From an uncultured bacterium (GTDB lineage: Bacteria > Verrucomicrobiota > Verrucomicrobiia > Limisphaerales > UBA8199): a stretch of 64,000 bases of DNA. The translations under genes were made by a program, and so were the position numbers. How positions within the stretch are numbered: the first letter of the stretch is position 1; each line of letters opens with the position of its first letter. The notes beneath the pieces are model-generated. The model searched no databases, was not told where the DNA came from, and saw nothing but the letters and a program-made list of their open reading frames with translations. This document shows, piece after piece, positions 10,659 to 21,278 of the stretch. The DNA is taken from the NCBI GenBank assembly GCA_963749495.1, contig CAVVMW010000024.1, positions 128,001-192,000 of the forward strand, read 5' to 3'.

Positions 10659-13193
10659 ATGAACTCCACGGAGATGGGATTTCGACGCTCCTCTTTGGCG
10701 GTGGCTGCACTCTGCGTCCTGTCCCTGACACCAGCCGTCCTGGCCGATACTTACTACGTTCGCGCCGGCGGCAGCGACACCGCGGATGGCGGGACGCCCC
10801 AGACTGCCTTCAGGACGGTGCTCCACGCCGCCGGGGCCATCAACCATGGCGACAGCCTGGTCATCGGTCCGGGCACGTTTCAGGGCTCCGCCCTGATGGC
10901 CGAGCGTTTCAGCGCCGATGGTGCCACAATGGCCATCACGGGCGACGAGAGCGGCCAACTCACCGGGGACCCGGCCGGGGCGGTCGTGCTCGTGGCCTCG
11001 AGGCCCGCCGAGGCGGCGCTCACCCTTTATCGGTTCCGCAACCTCAGCCTCAGCGGCCTGACCTTCCGCGGCCCGGGCCAGGGCCTTAAACTCGACAAAT
11101 GCATCGGCGTGACCGTGCAGCGATGCACTTTTGACGGGCTGGCCCGGGCGGTGCTCATCGGTGCATGCCAGGACACCAGGGTGCAGAGTTGCGTGCTGTC
11201 GCGCAACATCCTGGGCCTCTTCATCCAAGGCTCGGCCCGCACGCGCGTGGAGCATGTGACCCTGTCGGGCTCGACCTCGGCCGGCCTGCTCGCCCTGTCC
11301 TGTGGCGCCGGGGAGATCCGCAACTGCCTGCTGGCGGCCAACAATTCCAATCTGGTGCTCGATCCGCTCTCCGCCCAGAGTTGGACGAGCGACTACAACG
11401 TCCTCAGCGGCACGACCAGCCCCTGGGGGGACGTGCCCGCCGTGGCAAAGATCCACGAGTGGACCAGCGCCTCGGGCCAGGACCGCCACAGCGTCTGCGT
11501 CGTGCCGGCCTTTGCCGGCGCAGACCGGCACGACCTGCACATTTCTGACAACGTGACCTGGCCGGGCGGTCTGCCGGGCATGAACACCGCCGTCGCGAGC
11601 GGCCACGCCGTGCTGGATCGCGACGGCAAGGCCTTTCGCGTCCGCGGCGCAGCAACGTGCGCCGGCGCCTATGACTACCCCGACCCCAGGCCCGCCGCCG
11701 GCTGGGCAAAGTTGTCCGTAAATCTCGACGGCCGGGAGCCGCGCCAAAGCGCGGGCATTTACAGAGAGAACGGCGAACTCATCCGCACGCTCCTGGCCGA
11801 TGCCGCCGGTGTGACGGAACTCTACTGGGACGGCCTGGACGACAAAAACAACCCGGTCTTCGATTTTGAAAAAGCCGCCAGGTTCGGCCCGATGAAGGAC
11901 CCCTCGGCGCGAGGGATGAGTTGCATTCGCGCCCTGAGTGTCGCCCCCGGCGATGATGCCATTTATTACGGCGCTGTCACCAGGCTCTACAACAAAATGG
12001 TCCCCGCCTGGGGCGCCGACGGCACCGGCGTGGGCAAGTCCGCCGCCGACGGCACGCCCTTGTGGTTCGCGCTCTCCAGCGGCGGCAACTACATGTCCGT
12101 CAGCGCCATGAGCGACGGCCGGCACACCTTCGTGCTGGCGGGCAAGAGCTTCGGCGGGCAGATCGACCTGTTCGACGAGGACGGGCTGCGCCTGACCACC
12201 GGCAATTGGTCCTGGCCTTGCAACTACAGCATCGGGTTCGTGGACCTGCGCTACGGTGTGAACGCCTACCTCAGGCCCGACGGCAAGGTCGGGGCCTACG
12301 TGGAGGACGACTCCATCGGCCGCTTTGCCCGCTGCCGCATCGATGGGGCCGAGACGATCCGCAAGACCTGCACCCCGCTCGATTGGCGGCCCACGGGCGC
12401 CGCCGCGGGCGAGCCGCCTGACACGGACAGGGTCCGCGCCAAGGGCCTCGAGACCGTCCAGGTAATCCCCAAGGTCGCGGCGCTCAAACCCGACGGCGAC
12501 TGGCGTGCGTGGGAGAAGGCCGGCATCGCGCCCCAGATCATCGCCCTGCCAACCGTGAGTTTCCGGCACTGCACCTTGCCCGACGATCTCTGGCAGACCT
12601 TCAGCCTGGGCACCGCCATCGGCGCCCTGGCACACGACGGCAAGTGCCTTTACGCCTGCTTCCTGGTCTGCGACCAGCCCCAGCGATTCAACGCGGAGAC
12701 GCCGGCCACCATGTTCTCCACCGACAGCGTCGAGTTGTGGGTCGAGCAGGACCAGTTCGGCCTGGGCTTCATCCAGGACGGCTCCGCCCACCTGTTCAAG
12801 TACCGCTTCCATGATCGCCAGGGCAAGCAGTATGCCGCCAACTACCCGCTGGCCGACGAGAACGTTTGGGGCCGCAAACTGGACGACGTGTCCGCCCATC
12901 CTCTGGGCAGGCAGTTGGCTGAGATCACGGGCGTGCCGCTGCACGGGCGCAAGGGCTACGTGGTCATGGGCCGCATCCCCATGGAGGAGATCAAGCTCGT
13001 GGGCGGGGTGGCCGGGCGCGGCGGCACCGACATCCTCAACATGACCGGCCAGGGCGGTGAGGTCATCCGCATCGCAGTGGCCTTCAGCGGCAACGTCGCC
13101 TGGGGCCATTCGCAGGACTACAAAGTCGCCTGGCCCGCCGGCATGATGTTCAGCGACCCCACCCGCTCTTCGGCCTTCGTTCTGGGAGAATAA
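10659..13193 (+). CDS. Secreted right-handed beta-helix protein with FlgD-Ig-like and C-terminal sugar-binding-like domains
   Basis: Signal peptide; TYYVRAGGSD...PGTF; parallel beta-helix repeats; GIYRENGELIRTL...YWDGLDD. Confidence 0.6.
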   Translation: MNSTEMGFRRSSLAVAALCVLSLTPAVLADTYYVRAGGSDTADGGTPQTAFRTVLHAAGAINHGDSLVIGPGTFQGSALMAERFSADGATMAITGDESGQLTGDPAGAVVLVASRPAEAALTLYRFRNLSLSGLTFRGPGQGLKLDKCIGVTVQRCTFDGLARAVLIGACQDTRVQSCVLSRNILGLFIQGSARTRVEHVTLSGSTSAGLLALSCGAGEIRNCLLAANNSNLVLDPLSAQSWTSDYNVLSGTTSPWGDVPAVAKIHEWTSASGQDRHSVCVVPAFAGADRHDLHISDNVTWPGGLPGMNTAVASGHAVLDRDGKAFRVRGAATCAGAYDYPDPRPAAGWAKLSVNLDGREPRQSAGIYRENGELIRTLLADAAGVTELYWDGLDDKNNPVFDFEKAARFGPMKDPSARGMSCIRALSVAPGDDAIYYGAVTRLYNKMVPAWGADGTGVGKSAADGTPLWFALSSGGNYMSVSAMSDGRHTFVLAGKSFGGQIDLFDEDGLRLTTGNWSWPCNYSIGFVDLRYGVNAYLRPDGKVGAYVEDDSIGRFARCRIDGAETIRKTCTPLDWRPTGAAAGEPPDTDRVRAKGLETVQVIPKVAALKPDGDWRAWEKAGIAPQIIALPTVSFRHCTLPDDLWQTFSLGTAIGALAHDGKCLYACFLVCDQPQRFNAETPATMFSTDSVELWVEQDQFGLGFIQDGSAHLFKYRFHDRQGKQYAANYPLADENVWGRKLDDVSAHPLGRQLAEITGVPLHGRKGYVVMGRIPMEEIKLVGGVAGRGGTDILNMTGQGGEVIRIAVAFSGNVAWGHSQDYKVAWPAGMMFSDPTRSSAFVLGE

Positions 13194-13227
13194 AGGTTCG
13201 TGTGAACAGCCTGTGAACAAGTTCCCC

Positions 13228-13291
13228 TTGGAATCATTTGGGGGGTGGTGGTATAAACTAGGTCAAATTAGTTGTTTCTGGATAATTCTGG
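13228..13291 (+). promoter_or_regulatory. Seven 10-bp-phased NTRG boxes, candidate MraZ operator
   Basis: TTGG, TTGG, GTGG, CTAG, TTAG, CTGG, CTGG at 13228, 13238 ... 13288, directly upstream of mraZ. Confidence 0.65.
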
Positions 13292-13297
13292 AGACCC

Positions 13298-13783
13298 ATG
13301 GCGAACCCCAAGCCAAAACTCCCGGCCCTTCCGGCCAGCCCGGTCATCAAGTACCTGGGCGCCCACCCACGCGGCTTGGACCACGGCAGAATCATCATTC
13401 CCCCGGAGTGGCGCCTGGCGGGCTGGCCAAAGAAGTTCATGGTGATGGAGTGGCCCCTGATGAAGCCGGAGTGTTTGCTGGTCCTCTCCCCGGCCCTTTG
13501 GCAGGCCTACCACGACAAGGTGGCAGCGCTCGCCGTGACTGCGGATATGGACGGGGAAATCAAGCGGCGCATCGGTCTGCGGACTTACCCTCGGGCCCTG
13601 GATAGTTATGGCCGTCTGCCCTTGCCTGAAAACGCTGCCGGGGACCTGGGCATCCAGAGTGATGTGACCCTTGTAGGGCGCGTAACCACCTTCGAGATCT
13701 GGGCGACGGACCGTTTCCAGGCCCGCGAGGCCGGCATGAATGTCGAGCCGATCGCGGCCATTCTCAACTCAGTAAAGGTATGA
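13298..13783 (+). CDS. mraZ: Division/cell wall cluster transcriptional repressor MraZ (divergent)
   Basis: GRIIIPPEWR, LDSYGRLPLP and LVGRVTTFEIW repeats; heads an ftsI/ftsW cluster. Confidence 0.8.
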   Translation: MANPKPKLPALPASPVIKYLGAHPRGLDHGRIIIPPEWRLAGWPKKFMVMEWPLMKPECLLVLSPALWQAYHDKVAALAVTADMDGEIKRRIGLRTYPRALDSYGRLPLPENAAGDLGIQSDVTLVGRVTTFEIWATDRFQAREAGMNVEPIAAILNSVKV

Positions 13784-14454
13784 AGCTGGGTTTCCTATTG
13801 AGCACCAACCATGAGATTGTCGGGCACCGTGCCGGCTCGAATCCATTTCATCTTATCGAGGCCGACCGCCTTCCGTTTCTGCTGAGGGTCAGGCCGGCGA
13901 GGCTGGGCCCGGTTGCGCCGGCCTTGGGGCCCGGCCCGCCTGCAACGGGCCGCCGCCGCGTGAGGCGGTTGGGCGCCAAGGCCGGGGGCTGGGTCACCAG
14001 GCTGATGATCGGGCTGGCCATCTGCACCGCCATCGGGTGCGGTTTTGGCGCGCAACACATCGCTTACACGAGGCAGAAGGCCCAATTGTGCCGGGTGCTT
14101 CGGCAGAGGGAATTGGAATTGCGCGAGGTTGCGCAGGCCCGTCGCGTCCTGGAGTGCTGCGTCGCAGTGCGCGCCGCCCAAAGCGTGGTGGCCATAGCCG
14201 GAGCATGTCCCGAAGGCTCCGATTCCGGACCTTTGTTGCAGGCTGTGCATGCGCCTTTGTCGAAAAATGGCCAATCCGACAAAGGTTGCGACAAAGGCTG
14301 CGACAAAGGTCCCCGGAGATTTTGGGGACAGGCTCCCGCGAGCTCCGCGGCAGGTCCCTCTGTGGCTCAGGCAGCGGCGGCCCGTCTGGGGCGCGCGCAA
14401 CTTCGGCCCATCGTGGCCAAGGCCCCGGCCCCAATGCCAGGAAGGCGCATTTGA
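13780..14454 (+). CDS. FtsL-like single-pass coiled-coil protein
   Basis: Lies between mraZ and ftsI; TM segment LMIGLAICTAIGCGFG followed by a coiled coil; family A repeat read in frame. Confidence 0.45.
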   Translation: MKLGFLLSTNHEIVGHRAGSNPFHLIEADRLPFLLRVRPARLGPVAPALGPGPPATGRRRVRRLGAKAGGWVTRLMIGLAICTAIGCGFGAQHIAYTRQKAQLCRVLRQRELELREVAQARRVLECCVAVRAAQSVVAIAGACPEGSDSGPLLQAVHAPLSKNGQSDKGCDKGCDKGPRRFWGQAPASSAAGPSVAQAAAARLGRAQLRPIVAKAPAPMPGRRI

Positions 14455-14457
14455 AAC

Positions 14458-16311
14458 ATGTGGCGAGCAAATCAATATCGGCGCCTGGGAGGCGTCCTCT
14501 TGCTGGCTTGCCTGTGTTTTGCCGCGCTGGCGTATCGGTTGGTGGAGATCCAGGTCCTCCGGCACGAGGAATTGAGCCGCAAAGCGCGCCGCTACACTGA
14601 GGCCAGGCGGGCCATCGAGGCCTGGCGCGGCCAAATCCTGGACTGCAACCGCACCGTGCTGGCCATCTCCGTTCCGATCAAGCGAGTCTATATCGCTCCG
14701 GCCTTCTGTGCCAAACACGTCGAGGAAGCCGCCCGGGCCTGCGGTTCGTGGCTGGGGATAGCTCCCGAGGCGCTGGCCCGGCGCCTGCGCGCCTGCCTGC
14801 AAAGGCTGGGGCATTCCGGGCCGCCCAAGGCGCTGCTGCTCAAGAGCAGGGTCTCGATGTCCGAGTGGGAGAGGATAGCCCAGAGCCTGGAACGTGAGAC
14901 CTTCGGACTGTGCAAGCCGAAGATGACCGCCGCAGAGAAGGCGGAACTGAGCGCCATGCGCCGGAGACTGCTCTTCGCCAGGGACGGCCAGGAGCGCGTT
15001 TATCCGTTTGGCGAGTGCCTTTCCCACACTGTCGGTTTCGCCTCGGCCGGGTCCCATGGCTGTGGGCTTCTGGGCAGGTGCGGGGAGGAACGCGCCTTTA
15101 ACGCGGTGCTGGCCGGAGAGGATGGGTTGCTCGTCTCCGAACAGGACGCCGCCGGGAACGAACTGCCCTTGCGCCGCACCGTCGAGAAACCGCCCAGGGA
15201 TGGCGACAACGTCGTGCTCACGATTGACCTGCGGGTGCAGCACATCCTTGAGGAGGCCCTGGCCGCCGCGCTCGCCCAAACCGAAGCGCGCGGCGCCTCG
15301 GCTCTTATCCTGCGCGCGGCAACCTTCGAGGTCCTGGGAGCAGCCAGCCTGCCCAATTACGACCCGCAGCACCCGGGCGTCGCCCCCGGTGAGAGCTGGC
15401 GCAACCCGCTCTTCAGCGACATGGTCGAGCCTGGCTCGACACTGAAGCTCATCGCGCTGGCGGCGGCCTTGGACACCCGGACGCGGACATTGGAGAGCAC
15501 AATCAACTGCGAACAGGGATGCTTCATCGTCAATAAGGTGGTTGTCCACGACCACGCGCGATATGGCTGGTTGTCGCTGCGGCAGTGCTTTGCCAAGTCC
15601 TCGAACGTCGGCTTTGCCAAGGTTGCCCTGGAGCTTGGCCCCGAGCGGTTCTACTGCTATCTGACCAATTTCGGCTTTGGCCGGCGCACCGGCGTTGCCT
15701 GCATCGGTGAAGCGCCGGGCCGCATTGAGCCGCCAGGGACCTGGACCACCATGATGCTCACCCGGGCCGCCTTCGGACAGGGTCTGAGCGCCTCGCCGCT
15801 GCAAATGGCGGTTGCTTACGGTGTGATTGCAAACGGGGGGCGCCTGATGCGGCCGCTCTTGGTCAGCCGCATCGAGTCGCCCCAGGGCCGGGTCCTGCAG
15901 CGATTCCCGCCCCAGTTCATCCGCCAGGTCATCAGCCCCCAAACTGCCCGGGACGCAACGGACGCCCTCAAGACGGCAGTACTGCCGGGAGGGACCGGCG
16001 AGCAGGCGGCTCTGGACGGCTACACCATGGCGGTCAAGACCGGCACTGCCCAGAAATCCGATCAGCACGGCTATCTGCCCGGCTGCTATTACTCCTCCAT
16101 GATTGGGTTTTTCCCAGCCGATTCCCCGCAGGTGGTGATCTTCGTGGCCCTGGACCAGCCGCGCAATGGCTACTATGCGGGGTCGGTCGTGGGACCCGTG
16201 TTCCGTTCGATTGCGCAGCAGGTCGCCGCCTGCCTCGCCATCCCCCCCGACAAGCCGGCCCTCGCCCGGACGGGCGGCTCAACCAAGTGGACCGTGTCCC
16301 AAACACGCTGA
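14458..16311 (+). CDS. ftsI: Class B penicillin-binding protein (FtsI/PBP3-like)
   Basis: N-terminal TM; RGQILD and RVYP; catalytic STLK, SSN and KTG motifs. Confidence 0.88.
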   Translation: MWRANQYRRLGGVLLLACLCFAALAYRLVEIQVLRHEELSRKARRYTEARRAIEAWRGQILDCNRTVLAISVPIKRVYIAPAFCAKHVEEAARACGSWLGIAPEALARRLRACLQRLGHSGPPKALLLKSRVSMSEWERIAQSLERETFGLCKPKMTAAEKAELSAMRRRLLFARDGQERVYPFGECLSHTVGFASAGSHGCGLLGRCGEERAFNAVLAGEDGLLVSEQDAAGNELPLRRTVEKPPRDGDNVVLTIDLRVQHILEEALAAALAQTEARGASALILRAATFEVLGAASLPNYDPQHPGVAPGESWRNPLFSDMVEPGSTLKLIALAAALDTRTRTLESTINCEQGCFIVNKVVVHDHARYGWLSLRQCFAKSSNVGFAKVALELGPERFYCYLTNFGFGRRTGVACIGEAPGRIEPPGTWTTMMLTRAAFGQGLSASPLQMAVAYGVIANGGRLMRPLLVSRIESPQGRVLQRFPPQFIRQVISPQTARDATDALKTAVLPGGTGEQAALDGYTMAVKTGTAQKSDQHGYLPGCYYSSMIGFFPADSPQVVIFVALDQPRNGYYAGSVVGPVFRSIAQQVAACLAIPPDKPALARTGGSTKWTVSQTR

Positions 16312-16362
16312 CCCTCGACACCCGACAATGAAACGTGATGCGTGAAACGTGAAACGTGAAAC

Positions 16363-17481
16363 GTGAAGCTACTCGGGTTCGTCCCTCGACACCGTCATAT
16401 GAAAAAGCTCACCGCTATCCTGCTCCTCTCGGTCGGCATCCTGGTCGCTCTGGGACTGGTGATGCTGTTCAGTTCGACCACCAACGAACCGCGGTCATCC
16501 CGGGTGGGGCTCCAGCTCTGCTGGGCAGCGCTGGGCGGCATTCTGGTTCTGCTGCTCTCGTTCGTGGACTACAACCAGTTCACGAGATTTCACGTCGTCG
16601 AGGTGGTATTGGCCCTGTCGCTGCTCAGCTTGGTGGCGGTGTTGATTCCGGGGATCGGGGCCCTCAAGAACGGCGCCCGGCGCTGGTTGCCCTTGGGGCA
16701 GCCGTCTGAAGGCGCCAAGCTCGCCCTGGTGTTGTTCCAGGCGTCCTATGCCTCCAAATACCAGGCGAGGATGCGCGAACGAAACGTCGGTTTTGCCTTT
16801 CCGGGCTCGATGGCCGCGTTGGTCGCCCTGTTGATCTTCGCCGAGCCCGATTGGGGCACCGCGGGGTTGGTCACGGTGGTGGCCCTGGCCATGCTGGCCA
16901 TCGGCGGGGCGGATTTGGGTTACGTCATCTCGACGGCGGTCATTGGCGCGGGGTTGTTCCTGCTGCTGCTGCTCAGCGACCCGTTGCGGCTGGACCGAGT
17001 GCTGGCCTTCCTGGATCCTGAGGGATGCCGGGATGGGGCGGGCTGGCAAGGCTGGCAGTCCGTGCTCTCACTGGGCAGGGGAGGGTGGTTGGGCAGCGCC
17101 TTGGGCGAGGGGAGCCAGAAAAACGGCTTCGTCCCAGAGCAGCAGACCGATTTTGTGCTCTCGCTCATCGGCGAGGAATCGGGATTGGCCGGCACTCTGC
17201 TGGTGGTGCTGTTGTTCGTGACCATCCTCATTTGCGGCGCGTGCGTCGCCTGGCGGGTTGCGGACCCCTTTGGGAAGCATCTGGCCGCCGGCATCACCTT
17301 GCTGATCACGCTGCAGGCCATGATCAACATTGCCGTGGTCACCAGCAGCATCCCCAACAAAGGCATCGCCCTGCCCTTCGTCAGCTATGGCGGCTCCAGC
17401 CTGGTTTGCTCGCTCGCCGCCGTGGGGTTGCTCGCGAGCGTGGCAAGGTATGGATCGAGGTCTGAGACTTACTCGCCGTAG
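16363..17481 (+). CDS. ftsW: SEDS family peptidoglycan glycosyltransferase FtsW
   Basis: GARRW, QPSEGAK, EPDWGT, PEQQTDF, IGEESG and LPFVSYGGSS motifs; start may be the later MKKLT. Confidence 0.88.
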   Translation: MKLLGFVPRHRHMKKLTAILLLSVGILVALGLVMLFSSTTNEPRSSRVGLQLCWAALGGILVLLLSFVDYNQFTRFHVVEVVLALSLLSLVAVLIPGIGALKNGARRWLPLGQPSEGAKLALVLFQASYASKYQARMRERNVGFAFPGSMAALVALLIFAEPDWGTAGLVTVVALAMLAIGGADLGYVISTAVIGAGLFLLLLLSDPLRLDRVLAFLDPEGCRDGAGWQGWQSVLSLGRGGWLGSALGEGSQKNGFVPEQQTDFVLSLIGEESGLAGTLLVVLLFVTILICGACVAWRVADPFGKHLAAGITLLITLQAMINIAVVTSSIPNKGIALPFVSYGGSSLVCSLAAVGLLASVARYGSRSETYSP

Positions 17482-17678
17482 AAGCCGCGCGTCATGGCCG
17501 ACTTGAGCCGAACGATCTCGGCGGGGTCGGTAGATTCGGCAAGCCGGTCCGCCAATTCGCCCAACTCCTGGGCGGTGAGCTGGCGGCTGCGAGCCAACTC
17601 GAAGGCAAACTGGATGACTTGCGCCTGGTCGTTCGGCGCCAAGAGCTTAATCTCCTCAATGACTTTGGCCGCGGTCAT
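17469..17678 (-). CDS. Small hypothetical protein, addiction-module component-like
   Basis: 69-aa ORF MTAAKVIEEIKLL... with coding-like composition. Confidence 0.6.
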   Translation of the reverse strand: MTAAKVIEEIKLLAPNDQAQVIQFAFELARSRQLTAQELGELADRLAESTDPAEIVRLKSAMTRGFYGE

Positions 17679-17837
17679 GGGAGCACATTAGCCCGCTATA
17701 GCCCCGTCAACAAGCTTCGAACCTTCTGACCGGTTACGCGAAGGTTGCCACAAGGGTTGCGGCCAAGGTGTTCTTTTGCCAGGGTTTGGGGTCGGGCTTT
17801 ATGTAGAGCCTGTCCCCAAAACCCCGCAGGCGGGGGA

Positions 17838-17940
17838 CCTTTGTCGCGGCCTTTGTCGGAACCTTTGTCGTATTGGCAGCTTTTCGACAAGGGTGCCGAC
17901 AAAGGCTGCGACAAAGGTCGCGACAAAGGCTGCGACAAAG
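17838..17940. repeat. Family A 12-mer inverted array
   Basis: (CCTTTGTCG)x3 then (CGACAAAGG)-type units. Confidence 0.9.
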
Positions 17941-17987
17941 ATCGGCAATCGGAGGTTTTCGGAGAGGCTCTAAGATCCGAAAATCTC

Positions 17988-18031
17988 TACAGATGTAAAG
18001 ATTCCGCTTGACAACATCTACATGTGTAGAT
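17988..18031 (+). promoter_or_regulatory. Two BlaI/MecI/CopY-type TACA-NN-TGTA operators flanking a TTGACA -35 box
   Basis: TACAGATGTA at 17988-17997; TTGACA at 18008-18013; ATCTACATGTGTAGAT at 18016-18031. Confidence 0.8.
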
Positions 18032-18049
18032 ATATCTGGGCCGTATCGT

Positions 18050-18442
18050 ATGAAAAAAGGCAAAATCGAACTGACCGAAGCCGAGTGGACCATCATCAAG
18101 GCCGTCTGGGCGGCGGAACCCTGCACCGCCCCGGCCATCCAGGACAAACTGCGCTCCGCAACCGATTGGACCTACTCGACCGTGCGCACCCTCATGGATC
18201 GCATGGTCGCCAAGGGCCTCTTGAGCGCCAAGAAGGCGCGCCATGTGACGCTCTTTCGCTCGGCGGTCACGCGCCAACAGGCGCAGCGCAGCGAGCTGCT
18301 TTACGCGCTCAAACACGCCTTCAACGGCGCGCTGACCCCGATGGTCCAGTGCCTGCTGGACACGGGCGACATCTCGGCACGGGACCTCGCCCAGTTGGAG
18401 GCCCTCATCAAGGCAAAGAAAGGAGCGCGGAGACTGCCATGA
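18050..18442 (+). CDS. BlaI/MecI/CopY family repressor
   Basis: LTEAEWTIIKAVW and WTYSTVRTLMDRMVAKG motifs. Confidence 0.92.
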   Translation: MKKGKIELTEAEWTIIKAVWAAEPCTAPAIQDKLRSATDWTYSTVRTLMDRMVAKGLLSAKKARHVTLFRSAVTRQQAQRSELLYALKHAFNGALTPMVQCLLDTGDISARDLAQLEALIKAKKGARRLP

Positions 18443-21278
18443 ACTCCATTATTCTCACTTTGAACCATTGGGCGGGGCCGGTCCTGGCCTTCGCCTGGCC
18501 GATGCTCTGGCAGTCCGGCCTGCTGATCGGCTTTTTGTTCGCCCTGGATCTCGCGTTGCGGCACAGGCTGCGCGCCTCGGTGCGCTACGCGCTCTGGCTG
18601 GTGGTGCTGGCCAAGCTGGCGCTGCCGCCGTCGCTGGCCCTGCCCTCCGGCCTGGGCTGGTGGCTGCGTCCGGCCGCAGCAGTGCCCGCCGCGCCTCGCC
18701 CCGTTGTGGTGTCCGTCACTTACGGACCCGTCTTAGCCAACGGGCCCCAGGCGCCGATGGCTGCCCTGGCTCGGCCCGCGCGTCCGGCGCCGCGGCTCTC
18801 CGCTGCGGCCTGGGCGCTGGCGGGGACGGGCGCCGTCAGCCTCGGTTTGCTGGCCTGGATGCTGGTTCGCTGGGGGCAGGTTGCCCGCGAGGCGAGGCGC
18901 GCGGCGCCCGCCCCGGGCTGGCTCGAGGAACTGTTCGCCGAGGCGCGGCGGCTGAGCGGTCTGCGGCGGGGCGCGCGGCTCAGGCTCATCGATGGCCCGA
19001 TGTCACCGGCAGTCTGCGGCCTGCTGCGCCCGGTCATCCTGGTGCCCCGCGCCCTGGCCGAGGAGCTCCCGCCGGACCAACTCCGGACCGTGCTCCTGCA
19101 CGAGTTGGTCCATCTCCGTCGCGGCGACGTTCTGGCTCAGCTTGGTCCAATCGCTGCTCCAGATTATCTATTGGTGGCACCCGCTGCTCTGGCTGGCCAA
19201 CGCCCGCATCCGCCGCGCCCGCGAGGAGGCCGTGGACGACGCGGTCGTGCTCGCGCTGGAGGGCGGCGCCGAGGCCTACGCGCCCACGCTGCTCGAGGTC
19301 GCCAGGCTGGCCCTGTCGCGTCCGCCGACGGGCCTCGGCCTCGTCGGCATCCTCGAATCCCGCAGTTTCCTGCGCCAGCGCATCGAGCGGCTGCTGGAGT
19401 TTCGTCCGCCCCGCCGGGCCGGGCTGACGCTCGCCTCGCTGTTCTCCGTCGCCGCTTTTGCCGCGCTGGCCCTGCCGATGGGCCAGGCGCGGGCAACGGC
19501 CACCGCGGAGCCGGCAACGCCGTCACAGACACAGGCAAAGGTCATCGTCGCTGATGAGAGGGCCGAATCCTGGGATGCGGAGGCGGCCTCGACCGCTCCT
19601 GGCGGTTTCATCTCCTCAAACAAAGTCTCGACTGAAGAAAGCCGCAGGGCCGCTCATCTCGTGCAGGATGGCAAACTGCTCTACGAGATGGGCAAGCTGG
19701 ACGAGGCCGAGGCCACGCTGAAGGTGGCCATGCGCCTGGATCAGGGCTGGAAGGACGCGGCCTACTATTATCTGAACCTAATCTCGGAGGCCCGGTTCCA
19801 TGAGCGTCTGAGGGACGAGGGGGGATCCACGCGAACGAACCTCATCTACACCGGCCGTGGCCGTCAGATCATTTTCGACAAGCTCAACCACATGCGGTTG
19901 GACGAAATCAAGGGCCTGAACAATGCCCCGTTGAGCGAGGTCATCAAAGTCCTCGAAGAGTGAGGCCCTAAAGTGCGATCCGGCGGGACACGGCATCAAC
20001 TTTATCCTCGCCCCCGCTTCGGAGCCCGGCGCCATCATCACGAACGAAACGCAAACCGACCCCTATACGGGGCTGCCTGTCGCCGCGGCACCGACCGAGA
20101 CCGCCGACATCGGCACTGTCCGCGTCAAGCTCAGCCAGACTTTTCACGACATCCTCCCGTTTGATCTCCTCGAGGAGATCGTCAAGGCGGCCGACCGGCC
20201 GATCAAATACACCGTCGAGGATTTTGGCATCGTGTTTTCTCTGAAGGGCCGGGAGACGACGCCGCTTTACTTCCGCGTAATCAAAGTTGACCCGAACAGT
20301 TTCGAAGAGGGCATAAGGAAGTTCCTGGGCGTGCCGGAGAGCGACGGGGGCGCTGGAGACAAGGCCAGCCGCTCTCTGGGGACATTCAGGCTGTTCCGCC
20401 AAGTCTGTGACAAGCTCGGCGTGGACATGTCTGGCGGCAAGAGCATTTTCTACGGAGACCGCGAAGGCTCCTTGTTGGTCTATGCCACGTTGGACGACCT
20501 GGACAAAATCGAAAATTGGATTCGGGCAACCTACACCGCCGCCGCTCAGCTCAATATCAAGGCCGTGTTCCTCCAGTTGTCGAAAGCGCAAGCGCAGTCC
20601 TTCTGGGAGGAGTTCGGCTATACAAACCTGCCCGCTTCCTCGGGCAGCGTCAGGACCACAACTCTGACTGATTCCGAGGCCCAAGCCCTGTCCCGCCGCT
20701 GGGAATCCCAGGGCGGTACACACATCCTGGGCCGGGCGCAGGTCACGACCCTGGACGGGCGCCAAGTCCAGGTCAGCGTGCAGGACGTGCTGGCGATGGT
20801 CACGCGAGATGCCCAGGGCCAGGCCAAGCCGGGGAACGTGTCGCTTGGCCCCACGTTGGACGTCATCCCTTACGTCTCGGCTGACGGCTTCAGCGTGCAG
20901 ATGACGCTGATCCCGAGCCTGGCCGAGTTCATCGGTTACGACGACCCCGGTCCCTTTGCCAACCTGATCCAGACCATCCCGCCGGCGGGTTCCTCGGTTC
21001 CGGTGAGCACCCAGGCGCCGCTGCCGCACTTCCGCATCCGCCAGGTCACCACCTCGGTCAATGTCTGGGACGGCCAGACTGTCGCCGTAGGTAATTTCAC
21101 CACCAAAGACATGAACACGCTCAAGGAGCAGGACCCAGCCCTGGCCGACCTCCCGATCGTCGGAAGGCTTTTCCGCAACGAGCCCGCTGCAACCAACAAC
21201 ACCGAGGTCCTGGTCTTTGTCACCCCACGCATCATCGATCCCGCCGGCAATCCCATCCACTCCCCGCCGAGCGAATAG
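18439..21278 (+). CDS. BlaR1-like M56 peptidase fused to TPR and secretin (GspD/PilQ-like) domains; two apparent frameshifts (about 19130 and 19958)
   Basis: LLHELVHLRRGD, WWHPLLW and REEAVDD; C-terminal VTTLDGRQ, GPTLDVIP, DLPIVGRLF and LVFVTPRII. Confidence 0.8.

Noticed and set aside
19961..19963. TGA read-through in the M56-secretin gene
   Set aside because: The coding continuation is in a different frame, so this is a frameshift rather than recoding.
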